Source of the DNA: Opitutales bacterium
GTDB lineage: Bacteria > Verrucomicrobiota > Verrucomicrobiia > Opitutales > PNEW01
Direction of reading: 5' to 3'
Length of the DNA stretch: 64,000 nucleotides
Assembly (NCBI GenBank): GCA_965197745.1
Contig: CBDANS010000006.1
Location: 1,056,001 to 1,120,000, forward strand
Positions 19,859 through 31,548 of the stretch are shown in pieces. A program made the translations under genes and the position numbers. The notes beneath the pieces were generated by a model. The model saw only the letters and a program-made list of their open reading frames with translations. It made no database searches and was not told where the DNA came from. How positions within the stretch are numbered: the stretch's first letter is position 1; each line of letters begins with the position of its first letter.

Positions 19859-21720
19859 GAGTAGGATCCCAGCAACCTTATGAGGTTATAATCTGTGGGG
19901 CCGGCCATGCCGGTTGTGAAGCGGCGCTGGCTTCCGCCCGCATGGGCGCGGAGTCTCTTATCCTCACCGGTAATTGTGATACCATTGCGCAGATGAGCTG
20001 CAACCCGGCGATTGGGGGTCAGGCCAAGGGACATATGGTGAGAGAAATCGACGCCCTCGGCGGAGAGATGGCCATTAATACCGATACTACAGGAATACAA
20101 TTTCGGCTCCTTAACCGGTCTCGGGGACCCGCGGTGCAGGCGCCACGTGCGCAGTGTGATAAAAAGGCCTACCAGTTTCGCATGAAACACAGCCTGGAAT
20201 TGCAAAAAAATCTGACCCTGTTTCAGGTGCTGGTCACCGGCCTCATCGCTAAAGAAGGGCGTGTCGTCGGTGTACGCACGAATCTGGGGGTCGATTTCTA
20301 TGGGAAAAATGTCGTCGTCACCACCGGCACCTTTCTCCGCGGCTTAATGCATGTTGGCGCCAATAAGAATGAAGGGGGAAGGATGGGGGACTTCAGCGCG
20401 AAAGGGCTTTCGGCCAGTTTTCTTGAAGCGGGAATCGAACTCGAGCGACTGAAAACCGGGACGCCGCCGAGAATTCTCGGGCAGAGCATCAATTTTACCG
20501 ATCTCGAGGAACAGAAAGGGGACGAGGACATCGCGCTCTTTGCCTTCTATGATCAGCGGGATAAAGATGAATTGTTCCACGTGGAACATTCCGGGCAAAA
20601 GCGGGAGGGATGGACCCCCGGAGAAGATCAGGTCTCCTGCTGGATCACCTATACCACTGAGGAGACGGAACGGATCGTCCGGGACAATCTTTCCCAGTCG
20701 GCGATGTATAGCGGTGAGGTAACCGGAGTGGGGCCACGTTATTGCCCCAGCATCGAGGACAAAATAGTGCGCTTCGCGGACAAGCCCCGGCACCGCTTAT
20801 TTTTGGAGCCCGAGGGGCGTCACACCGATGAATGGTACATCAACGGCCTCTCCACCAGTCTCCCGCTGGAGGTGCAGATTCCCATGATACAATCGATTAC
20901 CGGCCTGGAGCAGGCTGTGATTATGCGGCCCGCCTATGCCGTAGAATACGATTTTGCGCCCCCCACCCAGCTACACCCCTCCCTGGAATCAAAAAAAGTG
21001 GAGAATCTGTTTTTTGCCGGTCAGATAAATGGGACTTCCGGCTATGAGGAAGCGGCTGCCCAGGGGCTGGTCGCCGGGATCAATGCCGTTTTAAAATTAC
21101 GAAATGAAGACCCCTTGATCGTAGGACGCCACGAGGGTTATCTCGGGGTGCTCATCGATGATCTCGTGACAAAAGGAACGAGCGAACCCTACCGGATGTT
21201 CACCAGTCGGGCCGAATACCGGCTACTATTTAACCACGGCAGTGCCGATATACGTCTTATTCATCACGCCGAAAAGTACAACCTTATTAATGACAAAAGA
21301 AAAACTAAGGTAAATCTTAAGAAAATAGCCGTTCTGTCCTGGCTGGACCGCCTGGAGAGTGAAAGCGGTGAAGGGGGTAAGTTCGGCGACTGGATTCGAC
21401 GGGGAGGTGATGAAGGGGTCTTGCCCGATGAATATAAGGTTTTGAATCAACCGATCCGCGAAGAAATTCTATACCGCATCCGCTACCAGGGCTACCTCCA
21501 GAGAGAACTCAAGCTGATCGAAAGGATGAGGAATTTGGAACGGATTAAAATTCCAAAAGGTTTTGATTATCAAGAAATTAAAGGATTAAGGAAGGAGGGA
21601 GCCCAGAAACTGGAAAGGGTGCGCCCCTTCAGCCTGGGTCAAGCCAGTCGTATAAGTGGCGTGAACCCTGCCGACATCAGTATTCTTATGGTGGCAATCG
21701 GGGCCTATCGTCCTGAATAA
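19855..21720 (+). CDS. mnmG: tRNA uridine 5-carboxymethylaminomethyl modification enzyme MnmG
   Basis: GAGHAGCEAA, MSCNPAIGG, KTGTPPR, GPRYCPSIEDK, AGQINGTSGYEEAA; ATGA overlap with mnmE. Confidence 0.98.
   Translation: MRVGSQQPYEVIICGAGHAGCEAALASARMGAESLILTGNCDTIAQMSCNPAIGGQAKGHMVREIDALGGEMAINTDTTGIQFRLLNRSRGPAVQAPRAQCDKKAYQFRMKHSLELQKNLTLFQVLVTGLIAKEGRVVGVRTNLGVDFYGKNVVVTTGTFLRGLMHVGANKNEGGRMGDFSAKGLSASFLEAGIELERLKTGTPPRILGQSINFTDLEEQKGDEDIALFAFYDQRDKDELFHVEHSGQKREGWTPGEDQVSCWITYTTEETERIVRDNLSQSAMYSGEVTGVGPRYCPSIEDKIVRFADKPRHRLFLEPEGRHTDEWYINGLSTSLPLEVQIPMIQSITGLEQAVIMRPAYAVEYDFAPPTQLHPSLESKKVENLFFAGQINGTSGYEEAAAQGLVAGINAVLKLRNEDPLIVGRHEGYLGVLIDDLVTKGTSEPYRMFTSRAEYRLLFNHGSADIRLIHHAEKYNLINDKRKTKVNLKKIAVLSWLDRLESESGEGGKFGDWIRRGGDEGVLPDEYKVLNQPIREEILYRIRYQGYLQRELKLIERMRNLERIKIPKGFDYQEIKGLRKEGAQKLERVRPFSLGQASRISGVNPADISILMVAIGAYRPE
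20573..20588. promoter_or_regulatory. parS-like ParB binding site inside mnmG
   Basis: Perfect 16-bp palindrome TGTTCCACGTGGAACA matching the TGTTNCACGTGNAACA parS consensus. Confidence 0.75.
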
Positions 21721-21872
21721 TCTATAAAGCGTCAGTCTGTCACAGAAAGTGAGTGTATGTAATCAGCGGGTTTAGATTGGGTAAAAATGGCACTATTATT
21801 TTATAAATCGTTGAATACTATATGTTTATTAAAAAATAGCGGGAAACCCGTTTACGTGATGGGTAAGGGGAG

Positions 21873-22463
21873 ATGAAAGCGTCTTACCAGAGTGTCCTCG
21901 AACGGGAGAAAGCGAGACGGGTACGGCTGGCTGAACAATGTGGGGAGCTGATTCCGGAGAGCTCCTCGATTGTTCTCGAAATCGGATGTGGGCACGGCCA
22001 TTTTTTAGCGGCCTACGCGGAGTCACATCCCCGGGATTACTGCGTTGGGATAGACTTGATAAACAAGCGCTTGGAGAAATCAAACCGGAAACGCGAAAAG
22101 GGGAGGCTGGAAAATTTGCATTTTCTCAAAGCGGAGGGAAACGAATTTCTCGATGCCCTCCCGCCGGGGGTGCAGCTCGAGAGAATATTTATTATCTTTC
22201 CTGATCCCTGGCCAAAAAAACGCCATCACAAGCGGCGCCTGATACAAACTGAATTTTTAAATACTCTGGCTTCACACACCCCTCAAGGTGGGGAACTCTA
22301 CTTTCGCACCGATCATCAACCCTATTATGAATGGACGGTATTCATGATTGAGACCCATCCCCTTTGGTCACTAGAGACGGCAACGGCATGGCCATTTGAG
22401 AGAGATACTTTTTTTTCGGAAATTCTCGGACCGCACGCCTCTCTCATAGCCCGGCGGAGATAA
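21873..22463 (+). CDS. trmB: tRNA (guanine-N7)-methyltransferase
   Basis: LEIGCGHG, FPDPWPKKRHHKRRL, FRTD. Confidence 0.93.
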   Translation: MKASYQSVLEREKARRVRLAEQCGELIPESSSIVLEIGCGHGHFLAAYAESHPRDYCVGIDLINKRLEKSNRKREKGRLENLHFLKAEGNEFLDALPPGVQLERIFIIFPDPWPKKRHHKRRLIQTEFLNTLASHTPQGGELYFRTDHQPYYEWTVFMIETHPLWSLETATAWPFERDTFFSEILGPHASLIARRR

Positions 22464-22692
22464 GCCGGTTATTGCCGACTTTCGAATGGCTATCATGCCT
22501 TAATGATAAATTCAAAATTCACCGCAGAGACGCAAAGCACGCAAAGTTTATGTTTCGAATTTTGGTTTAGTAATGTTCAATAGCTAAATTTCAGAGACAA
22601 TTACGCTTTGAGCTCAGCGCCTCAGCAGTTACTATTTATTTTCTAATTCCTTGAGGACTTAAATCAGTACAGGGATTGGAATTGAAAAGTGT

Positions 22693-22908
22693 TCAAACCC
22701 ATTCAATAAATAGGATAAGAGCCAACTGGCCCAGTATCGCCAGTCCCAGCACACTATAAATAATTAGGGTGAAACGATCCTTGGCAAAGGAGCGTAGGTG
22801 GGAATCCACCTCGGGACCCGCGTTTTTACCCTCCTCGTTTCGCGCGCTGCCCTGGCGGTCGCTTTTCAGTGCATAGAGGCGACTCGTTACATCTTCCGTT
22901 TTTGCCAT
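22693..22908 (-). CDS. Small membrane protein of unknown function
   Basis: 71 aa with one C-terminal hydrophobic helix, divergent from the atp operon. Confidence 0.5.
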   Translation of the reverse strand: MAKTEDVTSRLYALKSDRQGSARNEEGKNAGPEVDSHLRSFAKDRFTLIIYSVLGLAILGQLALILFIEWV

Positions 22909-23099
22909 AGATAGTCCTGGAATAAATTCACGGCATTACCATGGGGAGTCAGCGGGGGTTTTAGTATTAGAAATATTAATTTAAAAAATGTGTTGTATAA
23001 TTAATAAGAATATGCTTAAAAATCGGAGATTGACGCTTATCACCTATTATACATTGGTTTTTAAGATTTTAAAATAAAACTTTCACCCTTGAAGAATAG

Positions 23100-23954
23100 A
23101 TGCCAAGAATTGCTGTTTTCTTTTTTATTCTAGCGAGCGCAATGGTTTCGCTGGAGGGAGCTGAGGGGGGGCAGAGTGTATCGCCTTCAGCTTATAAATT
23201 GACAGAAATTATTGGGTTTCCGATCACTAATGCGATACTGACGAGTTGGGTATTTTCCCTGATCATCATTTTAGTTTTTCGCAAATTTGCGGGAAAACCG
23301 AAGCTCATTCCCTCGGCCGGTCAGGCGGTCATAGAAAGCCTGGTTTTGGGAATCAGGGAAATTGTTGTCCCGATTATAGGTAAGCACATGGTTAAACCGG
23401 CATTTCCCCTGCTCATCGGTTTCTTTACCTTTATCCTGATTCAGAACTGGAGCGGATTAATTCCCGGGGTAGGGACCTTTGGATTTTATGATGAGCATGG
23501 CCACCTCAACTACTGGTTTCGTCCCGGCAATGCGGATCTTAATATGACCATAGCCCTAGCCATCGTGGCATTCACCGCATGGGTGTATTTAATATTAAAA
23601 TACGCGGGCCCCAAAGCAATCGCCTACGATCTCTTCGGGAACAAGGCGGAAAAGGGTGAAGTGCCGGCAGCGATCTATTATTTTTTATTTGTCATTTTTT
23701 TCGGCGTCGGATTAATCGAAATTATTTCCATTCTTTTACGACCCGTCTCGTTGTCATTCCGACTTTTTGGAAACATGTTCGGCGGGGAAAATCTTCTCAC
23801 GAGTATGACCGGCCTGGTGGGTTACCTTGTCCCCATACCGTTCTATTTTCTGGAGCTCCTCATCGGGGTGGTGCAGGCCCTTGTCTTCACTCTCCTCGTG
23901 GCCGTATACATTGGGCTCATCTGCAATCATGAAGGAGAGGAACATGCGCACTAA
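23100..23954 (+). CDS. atpB: F0 ATP synthase subunit a
   Basis: [27 protein letters not shown]. Confidence 0.96.
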   Translation: MPRIAVFFFILASAMVSLEGAEGGQSVSPSAYKLTEIIGFPITNAILTSWVFSLIIILVFRKFAGKPKLIPSAGQAVIESLVLGIREIVVPIIGKHMVKPAFPLLIGFFTFILIQNWSGLIPGVGTFGFYDEHGHLNYWFRPGNADLNMTIALAIVAFTAWVYLILKYAGPKAIAYDLFGNKAEKGEVPAAIYYFLFVIFFGVGLIEIISILLRPVSLSFRLFGNMFGGENLLTSMTGLVGYLVPIPFYFLELLIGVVQALVFTLLVAVYIGLICNHEGEEHAH

Positions 23955-24055
23955 GAAAAAAGAAATAGATTTCTCAATCGGGACCATGCCAGCAAAGGCA
24001 GAGCAACGCGCGTGGGCGATTGGGAATTAGTTAAGAATACAAAAAAGGAAAAAAA

Positions 24056-24262
24056 ATGATAATAGATCTAATTGCACAGATAGATGGAAATATACAGGGC
24101 GGTCTCGGCTGTCTTGCCGCTGCTATTGGCGTTGGCCTCGTCGGCGCTAAAGGAGCTGAAGCTGTGGGGCGCAATCCCGGCGCTTCGGGAAAGATTCTCG
24201 TCCAGTCAATTATTGGCATGGCCTTGGCGGAGGCAATTGCCTTTTACGCCCTGTTTCTATAA
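24056..24262 (+). CDS. atpE: F0 ATP synthase subunit c
   Basis: AAIGVGLVG...GRNP...LAEA; lacks the Q/ES(T) Na+ signature, so probably H+-coupled. Confidence 0.95.
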   Translation: MIIDLIAQIDGNIQGGLGCLAAAIGVGLVGAKGAEAVGRNPGASGKILVQSIIGMALAEAIAFYALFL

Positions 24263-24324
24263 ACCAGGATTTGACGCGCGGTCGCGTTAAGGCGCGACCG
24301 CGCCTTACCTAAACCTACATTGCT

Positions 24325-24900
24325 ATGATTGAAATGATACCAGTGATTGCCGCACAAGTGGCCGTGGAACATGCAGAGGAGGCCGGTGCCATCAGCGAAC
24401 TCGCCGGTCAATTCGGCGTCGATTGGAAGTTTCTCATCGCGCAGGTGGTTAACTTTTGTTTCGTTGCTTTTCTTCTTTATAAATTTGCCTTCAAACCTGT
24501 TCTCTTATCCATCGACGAACGTCAGAAGAAGATTGCCGACGGGCTGCAGTACGCCGAAGAGATGAAGCGAAAACTGGTCGAGTCGGAACAACAGCAAAAA
24601 GAAACCTTGAAACAAGCGCAGCAGGACGCGCAGAAGATCATCGAAGAAGCGCGTGAGAGCAGTAAAGAGGTAATGGAGAGACAGACCCAGGAGGCTGTCG
24701 CTAAAGCGGAAGATATTCTGGTTAAAGCGCAGGAGTCTATTGAATTGGAGCACACCAAAATGCTCACTGAAGTGCGCCGTGAAATTTCCCGTCTCGTCGT
24801 TCAGACCACGGCGAAAGTGCTTGGCAAGGAATTGTCGGATGAAGAGCGTACAAATTACAGCGAATCGGCGGCTAAAGAACTGACGGCCACCGATTCCTGA
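24325..24900 (+). CDS. atpF: F0 ATP synthase subunit b
   Basis: QVVNF...KFAFKP...ER..KI TM plus coiled coil. Confidence 0.94.
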   Translation: MIEMIPVIAAQVAVEHAEEAGAISELAGQFGVDWKFLIAQVVNFCFVAFLLYKFAFKPVLLSIDERQKKIADGLQYAEEMKRKLVESEQQQKETLKQAQQDAQKIIEEARESSKEVMERQTQEAVAKAEDILVKAQESIELEHTKMLTEVRREISRLVVQTTAKVLGKELSDEERTNYSESAAKELTATDS

Positions 24901-24912
24901 TCCTTAAATCCC

Positions 24913-25311
24913 ATGCTGAGCTCGAATAAACAACTCGTTCAATACGCTAAAAAGCTGGTGCAGATCAGCCTCGAAAACGGTCAGGTCTCCGAAGAGAAAG
25001 TGAACGCCGTATTACAAAACGTGGTTGGCAGGTCGCCCCGAATGCTGAAAACGGTTCTCAAACTCTATCTTTATTTTCTTAAAAGAGAGCTGCGCAAAAG
25101 CCAGGCCGTTATCGAGTACTCCGGTGAGATTTCTCCTGACAGCGTCGCCGCCATTGAAAAAAATTTATCCGAACGTTATGGTCGAACGGTTACCGCGACC
25201 TTATCTGAAAATCCAGAGTTAATCGCCGGCCTGCGCGTCAGTGTCGCCGATGATGTTTACGACGCTACAGTTGCAGGCAACCTCAATAATCTTTCCCAAT
25301 CAGTAAATTGA
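24913..25311 (+). CDS. atpH: F1 ATP synthase subunit delta (short form)
   Basis: NPELIAGLRV.V.DDVYDATV; position in operon. Confidence 0.9.
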   Translation: MLSSNKQLVQYAKKLVQISLENGQVSEEKVNAVLQNVVGRSPRMLKTVLKLYLYFLKRELRKSQAVIEYSGEISPDSVAAIEKNLSERYGRTVTATLSENPELIAGLRVSVADDVYDATVAGNLNNLSQSVN

Positions 25312-25345
25312 TGTCTAATAGAAAGCTTTAATAAAAAAATAAGAT

Positions 25346-26878
25346 ATGAGCACAATCATTGAACAGATCGAAGAGGAAATCGCGAAGTTGGAAACAACGA
25401 CGGTAAAAGAGAATACCGGTAACATAATCTCGGTGGCCGATGGAGTGGCTAAAATAGATGGGCTCTCCGAGGTCATGTATAACGAGATGATCGAATTTCC
25501 CGGTAATATCTACGGCATTGCCTTAAACCTTGAAGAGGATGAAGTAGGCACCGTCATCCTCGGTGACCCCAGTCACCTTAAAGAGGGCGATGAAGTCAAA
25601 ACTACCGGACGACTCCTCTCTGTTCCTGTGGGCAAGGCGTTGCTCGGACGCGTCGTCGATGCCACCGGTGAACCCTTAGATGGAAAGGGTCCGATTGCCA
25701 CCGATGAGACCTATCCGGTTGAGAAAATAGCGCCCGGAATTTTACCCCGAGAGTCTGTCAATCAACCGGTACAAACGGGGATCATGCCCATTGATGTCAT
25801 GACCCCGGTGGGTCGGGGCCAACGTGAACTTATCATTGGCGACCGTTCAACGGGCAAAACCACGATCGCTATCGACACCATTATCAACCAGGCTAAGATC
25901 AACAAGCAAGGTGAAGCAAGTGGGGATGCCGACTTCAGACCGCTTTACTCCATATACGTCGCCATCGGTCAGAAAAACGCGAACATTGCGCGGACCCTTG
26001 GTGTGCTCGAAAATCATGGCGCCTTGGAATACACTATCATTGTCACCGCCCCCGCGTCAGATAATCCCGCGAACCAGTATATCGCTCCTTATTCCGGGTG
26101 TGCCATGGGCGAGTGGTTCCTCGAAAATGGTATGGATGCCCTGATAGTTTACGATGATCTTTCGAAGCACGCAGTCGCTTATCGCCATATATCACTGATT
26201 CTTAAAAGACCGTCCGGGCGCGAAGCTTTTCCCGGCGATGTGTTCTACCTCCACTCACGCCTCCTGGAGCGTTCTGCGCGTCTCAATGAAGATAATGGCA
26301 ACGGGTCGCTTACCGCCCTGCCCATTATTGAAACGCAGGCGAGCGATGTTTCGGCTTATATTCCGACAAATGTCATATCGATCACCGACGGTCAGATTTA
26401 TCTCGAGCCCGATCTCTTTAACCAGGGAATACGTCCGGCTATCTCGGTCGGGCTTTCTGTCTCCCGTGTGGGATCTGCCGCGCAGATTAAAGCGATCAAA
26501 CAGGTAGCGGGAAAAGTAAAACTCGAGCTGGCGCAATTCGGTGAGCTTCAAGCCTTCGCCCAGTTCGGATCCGATCTCGATGCCAGGACCAAGGCTCAAC
26601 TCGACCGGGGATCACGGATTGTTGAACTCTTTAAGCAACCGGCATTTTCATCGATACCCGTTGAAATACAACTGGGCTTACTCTGGACCATGCAGAACGG
26701 TTATTTCGATGATATCGAAGTGAGTAAAATCGTTGCCGCGAGTGAGAACCTGCAGGAGTTTTTCAGCTCACGTAAGGGCGATTTGATGAGCAAGGTCCTG
26801 GCTGAAAAAGAGCTGACCGATGAAATAGAAGAGGGCCTTAAAACAGCGATTGAAGAATGGAAGTTAACATTCAGCTGA
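25346..26878 (+). CDS. atpA: F1 ATP synthase subunit alpha
   Basis: [36 protein letters not shown]. Confidence 0.99.
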   Translation: MSTIIEQIEEEIAKLETTTVKENTGNIISVADGVAKIDGLSEVMYNEMIEFPGNIYGIALNLEEDEVGTVILGDPSHLKEGDEVKTTGRLLSVPVGKALLGRVVDATGEPLDGKGPIATDETYPVEKIAPGILPRESVNQPVQTGIMPIDVMTPVGRGQRELIIGDRSTGKTTIAIDTIINQAKINKQGEASGDADFRPLYSIYVAIGQKNANIARTLGVLENHGALEYTIIVTAPASDNPANQYIAPYSGCAMGEWFLENGMDALIVYDDLSKHAVAYRHISLILKRPSGREAFPGDVFYLHSRLLERSARLNEDNGNGSLTALPIIETQASDVSAYIPTNVISITDGQIYLEPDLFNQGIRPAISVGLSVSRVGSAAQIKAIKQVAGKVKLELAQFGELQAFAQFGSDLDARTKAQLDRGSRIVELFKQPAFSSIPVEIQLGLLWTMQNGYFDDIEVSKIVAASENLQEFFSSRKGDLMSKVLAEKELTDEIEEGLKTAIEEWKLTFS

Positions 26879-26920
26879 TTCAATTCCTAATTCATCATTC
26901 CTAATTTTTAATTCTTAATC
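26879..26920. repeat. Degenerate 7-bp tandem repeat (AATTCCT/AATTCAT type) between atpA and atpG
   Basis: caattcctaattcatcattcctaatttttaattcttaatc. Confidence 0.6.
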
Positions 26921-26927
26921 TAACCCA

Positions 26928-27806
26928 ATGGCCAATACCCGCGATATCAGGCGACGTATCAAGTCGGTAAAAAACACCGCTCAGATTACACGAGCGATGC
27001 AGCTTGTCGCGGCTTCTAAAATGAAACGCGCCCAGGAAAGTGCCTTAGCCGGACGACCCTATGCTGTGTTGCTGGCGGAAATATTGAGCAAGTTGGGAGG
27101 AAGGGTGAGTGATATAAAACATCCTTTTCTTGAAGAGCGTGAGGTTACCACGCGCGGTATTCTTGTCGTCAGCACCGACAAAGGACTTTGCGGCGCCCTC
27201 AACTCCAATGTTTTTCGTCGCATCACGGAAATAGAAGGTGAGGCCCGGTTTGTCGCCATTGGCCGTAAAGCTTCACAATTCCTCAGCCGGACGCGTCGGG
27301 AACTGCTCGCTGAATTTACCATTTCTGATCGTGTCCCCTTTTCTGAGGTGCGATTGCCCGTCGAGTTTTTGATTAATGCTTACCTTGAAGGTAGTGTGGA
27401 TACGGTAGAATTACTCTATCCGCGATACGTTAATCCTCTTGTTCAGGACCCGATACTTTATCCCCTTATACCGATCGAGAACTTGACCAGTGTCATAGAT
27501 AAACTGGGTCATCAATTGGGTGAAGCCCCGCTTGCTGACGATGAGCGTGAAATTCATTTCGAACCCGAAGCCGGGACCATCCTGGGAGAGCTCCTTCCCC
27601 TGTTTATCAAACAGCAGGTTTACCAGACCGTCCTCGAAGCAAAAGCTTCCGAACACAGTGCGCGAATGGTTGCCATGAAATCCGCGACAGACAATGCCAA
27701 CAGCCTCGTCGATGATCTTTCGCTGCAATATAACAAAGCACGCCAGGCTGCGATCACTCAGGAAATTCTCGAAATCTCAGCGGCGACGAGCGCCGCAGCA
27801 AATTAG
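26928..27806 (+). CDS. atpG: F1 ATP synthase subunit gamma
   Basis: RIKSVKNT.QITRAM, DKGLCG, SEHSARMVAM, NKARQAAITQE. Confidence 0.98.
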   Translation: MANTRDIRRRIKSVKNTAQITRAMQLVAASKMKRAQESALAGRPYAVLLAEILSKLGGRVSDIKHPFLEEREVTTRGILVVSTDKGLCGALNSNVFRRITEIEGEARFVAIGRKASQFLSRTRRELLAEFTISDRVPFSEVRLPVEFLINAYLEGSVDTVELLYPRYVNPLVQDPILYPLIPIENLTSVIDKLGHQLGEAPLADDEREIHFEPEAGTILGELLPLFIKQQVYQTVLEAKASEHSARMVAMKSATDNANSLVDDLSLQYNKARQAAITQEILEISAATSAAAN

Positions 27807-27926
27807 GAATTATGAAGTAAGAATTATGAATGAAGAATTTAACTCGAAATAATTAAATTAGCTCCATCTAAGTAACCAAAAAAAAATCAAAAAAATACTT
27901 AATTCAACATTCATAATTCCTAATTA
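27801..27926. repeat. Inverted pair of 7-bp repeat arrays upstream of the four-helix-bundle gene
   Basis: AATTAGGAATTATGAA (27801) is the reverse complement of TTCATAATTCCTAATT (27911); a same-type array follows the gene at ~28282-28314. Confidence 0.7.
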
Positions 27927-27933
27927 ACTATTA

Positions 27934-28290
27934 GTGAGTGACGATCTTGATTTAAAAGAGAGAACCTTAAATTTTGCGCGACAGATTATAAAATACTATA
28001 CGACACTACCAAAGACAGCAGATGCACAAGTTATTGGAAAACAAATGCTCAGTTCGGGAACTTCGATTGGAGCCAATTATCGCGAAGCCTATCGCGCACG
28101 TTCGAAGGCCGAGTTTATTGCGAAAATGGGAGACTGCCTGAAAGAACTCGATGAAACCGACTATTGGCTGGAACTAATAGAAAAACAAAACCACATCACA
28201 TCAAAAAAACCAGAATCCATTCGCGACGAAACAAATCAGTTAATAGCTATTTTCGTAACCATAATAAAAAAAACAAAATCCAATTCATAA
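27934..28290 (+). CDS. Four helix bundle protein (23S rRNA IVP-like/TIGR02436 type)
   Basis: LKERT..FA, KQML.SGTSIGANYREA.RARSKAEFIAK, E.DETDYWLEL. Confidence 0.92.
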   Translation: MSDDLDLKERTLNFARQIIKYYTTLPKTADAQVIGKQMLSSGTSIGANYREAYRARSKAEFIAKMGDCLKELDETDYWLELIEKQNHITSKKPESIRDETNQLIAIFVTIIKKTKSNS

Positions 28291-28304
28291 TTCTAAATTC
28301 ATAA

Positions 28305-29744
<1,440 letters not shown>

Positions 29745-29774
29745 AGGGTTTTATGCTTAAGGATACTTTGATCT

Positions 29775-30188
29775 ATGTCACTGCTGATTGAAATAGTTAC
29801 ACCTGAAAAAGTCGTTTTCAGTGATAAGGCCGACTCGGTTGTCTTACCGACAACCGAAGGGGAACTGGGGGTCCTCGCCGGACATATTCCCCTCCTCACT
29901 GCACTGGCTCCTGGAGAGTTGCAGGTTCTTACCGAGGGGAAAACCGAATACCTCACTGTGGACAAGGGTTTCGCGCAGGTCTTGGGGGATAAGGTGTCGG
30001 TCCTTACCGAAGGTGCGATAGATGTCGAAGCGATTGATCTATCCGCGGTGGAAGATGCGCAATTACGAGCGGAGAAAGCGCTCGCCGAAGCGGCGGATCA
30101 GAAATTGGATCCTGCGGAGGTTGAACAATTGGAAACGATAGTCCGGTTCTCCCTCGCGCAAAAGCTGGCCAAAGAAAGAAGGCCTTAG
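29775..30188 (+). CDS. atpC: F1 ATP synthase subunit epsilon
   Basis: EIVTPE, GELGVLAGH.PL. Confidence 0.95.
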   Translation: MSLLIEIVTPEKVVFSDKADSVVLPTTEGELGVLAGHIPLLTALAPGELQVLTEGKTEYLTVDKGFAQVLGDKVSVLTEGAIDVEAIDLSAVEDAQLRAEKALAEAADQKLDPAEVEQLETIVRFSLAQKLAKERRP

Positions 30189-30231
30189 GTCTTTAATCCT
30201 TAAAGATTATTCTGAAACAAAAAATAATTGT

Positions 30232-30966
30232 ATGAAAAATCCTGTTCGTGAAAAACTAAGCCGGGGTAAAGTCTCGATCGGCTCATGGCTCAATCTCGGC
30301 TCGCCCCTGGCGGGCGAAGTGATGGCTGATGCTGGATTTGAATGGCTGACCGTCGATGCCGAACACACGGCTTATGACCTCTCGCTCATTGCCGATACTT
30401 TTCGCGGTATTGATGCCCGCGGTGCGGTCTCCTTTGTTCGCGCCTGGGACCACGATCCGGTAACCATGGCCCGGCTTCTCGACGCCGGAGCCTACGGTAT
30501 TGTCATTCCCCATGTCAGCACTCCCGAGCAAGCGGCAGGTATCGCGAGTGCCATGCGCTACCCACCGGTGGGTATACGCTCCAGTGGAACCGGACGGATG
30601 GCGACTTTTGGCAGTGATTATAAGGCGACGGCCAACGATGAAATCATGTGCATGCCGCAAATCGAAGACATGGAAGGGATCAATAACGCCGAGGCAATCA
30701 TGTCCCTGGAAGGGGTAGATGTCGGCTTTCTCGGACCCGGTGACCTGTCCATGTCCATGGGGCTGGAACCGGGCCATCCCGACCATGAAGCCGCCATCCA
30801 GAAATTTTTGGCCGCCTGTAAAAAAATGGGAAAGCCCGCTGGAATTCCCACCTCTTTTGAAGCAGCCCAGCAGCGGATTGATGAAGGTTTTCTCATGATT
30901 GATGTTTCCAACGAGCTCGCAATTCTCTCGGGAGCGGCCCGTAAGATGGTGGAAGCATTGCGTTAA
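30232..30966 (+). CDS. HpcH/HpaI aldolase family protein
   Basis: VDAEH, LDAGA, RYPPVG.R, QIE, GPGDL. Confidence 0.92.
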   Translation: MKNPVREKLSRGKVSIGSWLNLGSPLAGEVMADAGFEWLTVDAEHTAYDLSLIADTFRGIDARGAVSFVRAWDHDPVTMARLLDAGAYGIVIPHVSTPEQAAGIASAMRYPPVGIRSSGTGRMATFGSDYKATANDEIMCMPQIEDMEGINNAEAIMSLEGVDVGFLGPGDLSMSMGLEPGHPDHEAAIQKFLAACKKMGKPAGIPTSFEAAQQRIDEGFLMIDVSNELAILSGAARKMVEALR

Positions 30967-31050
30967 TCCTGTCCTGGGGGACAGGACAAAGACTGTTATT
31001 AATCTTGCCTCGATATTCGAGGGGCGTTGTTTATTATCACCTGTCTTTAA

Positions 31051-31126
31051 GGGCCCTTAGCTCAGTGGTTAGAGCAGAGGACTCATAATCCTTTGGTCGC
31101 AGGTTCGAATCCTGCAGGGCCCACCA
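31051..31126 (+). tRNA. tRNA-Ile2 (CAT anticodon, lysidine type)
   Basis: Cloverleaf GGGCCCT..AGGGCCC-A-CCA, anticodon loop CTCATAA; resembles Ile2 rather than Met or fMet. Confidence 0.9.
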
Positions 31127-31548
31127 CTGGTAATCAATAGGTTATATAATTATAGAAAATCTATAAAATTTTGTCTGGTGCATATTCAGTTATCTGAAGG
31201 CTTACTTTAAGGGCATTGATTACGTTTTTCAAAGTATCCATTTCACAGTTGCCCACCCTAATATCCGACAAAATACTTAAAAAATATTGTAGTCATAAGG
31301 AGGGGGCGGGGATTCAGCAAAACCACATCCTCCAATATACCTTATTCATAAACCCGTATGCAGAATATCCCCCTTCCTACCCCAAGAGTCTAACACCACC
31401 CCAGCCCCAGCTCAGTGCTGACGGGTGCTGTGAAGGCGTGAGAGCATTTTGATGTGCTGGGTATACCTGGCCCCCTTGGGTTATATATTCGTTTGTTAAT
31501 TGCTACTCTAACGGTTGCCTAAAATTGGAAACTGATAAAGTTATTAGA

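Noticed and set aside
27934..28290. Avd-like protein implying a diversity-generating retroelement
   Set aside because: No reverse transcriptase and no TR/VR pair with adenine-specific differences in the window.
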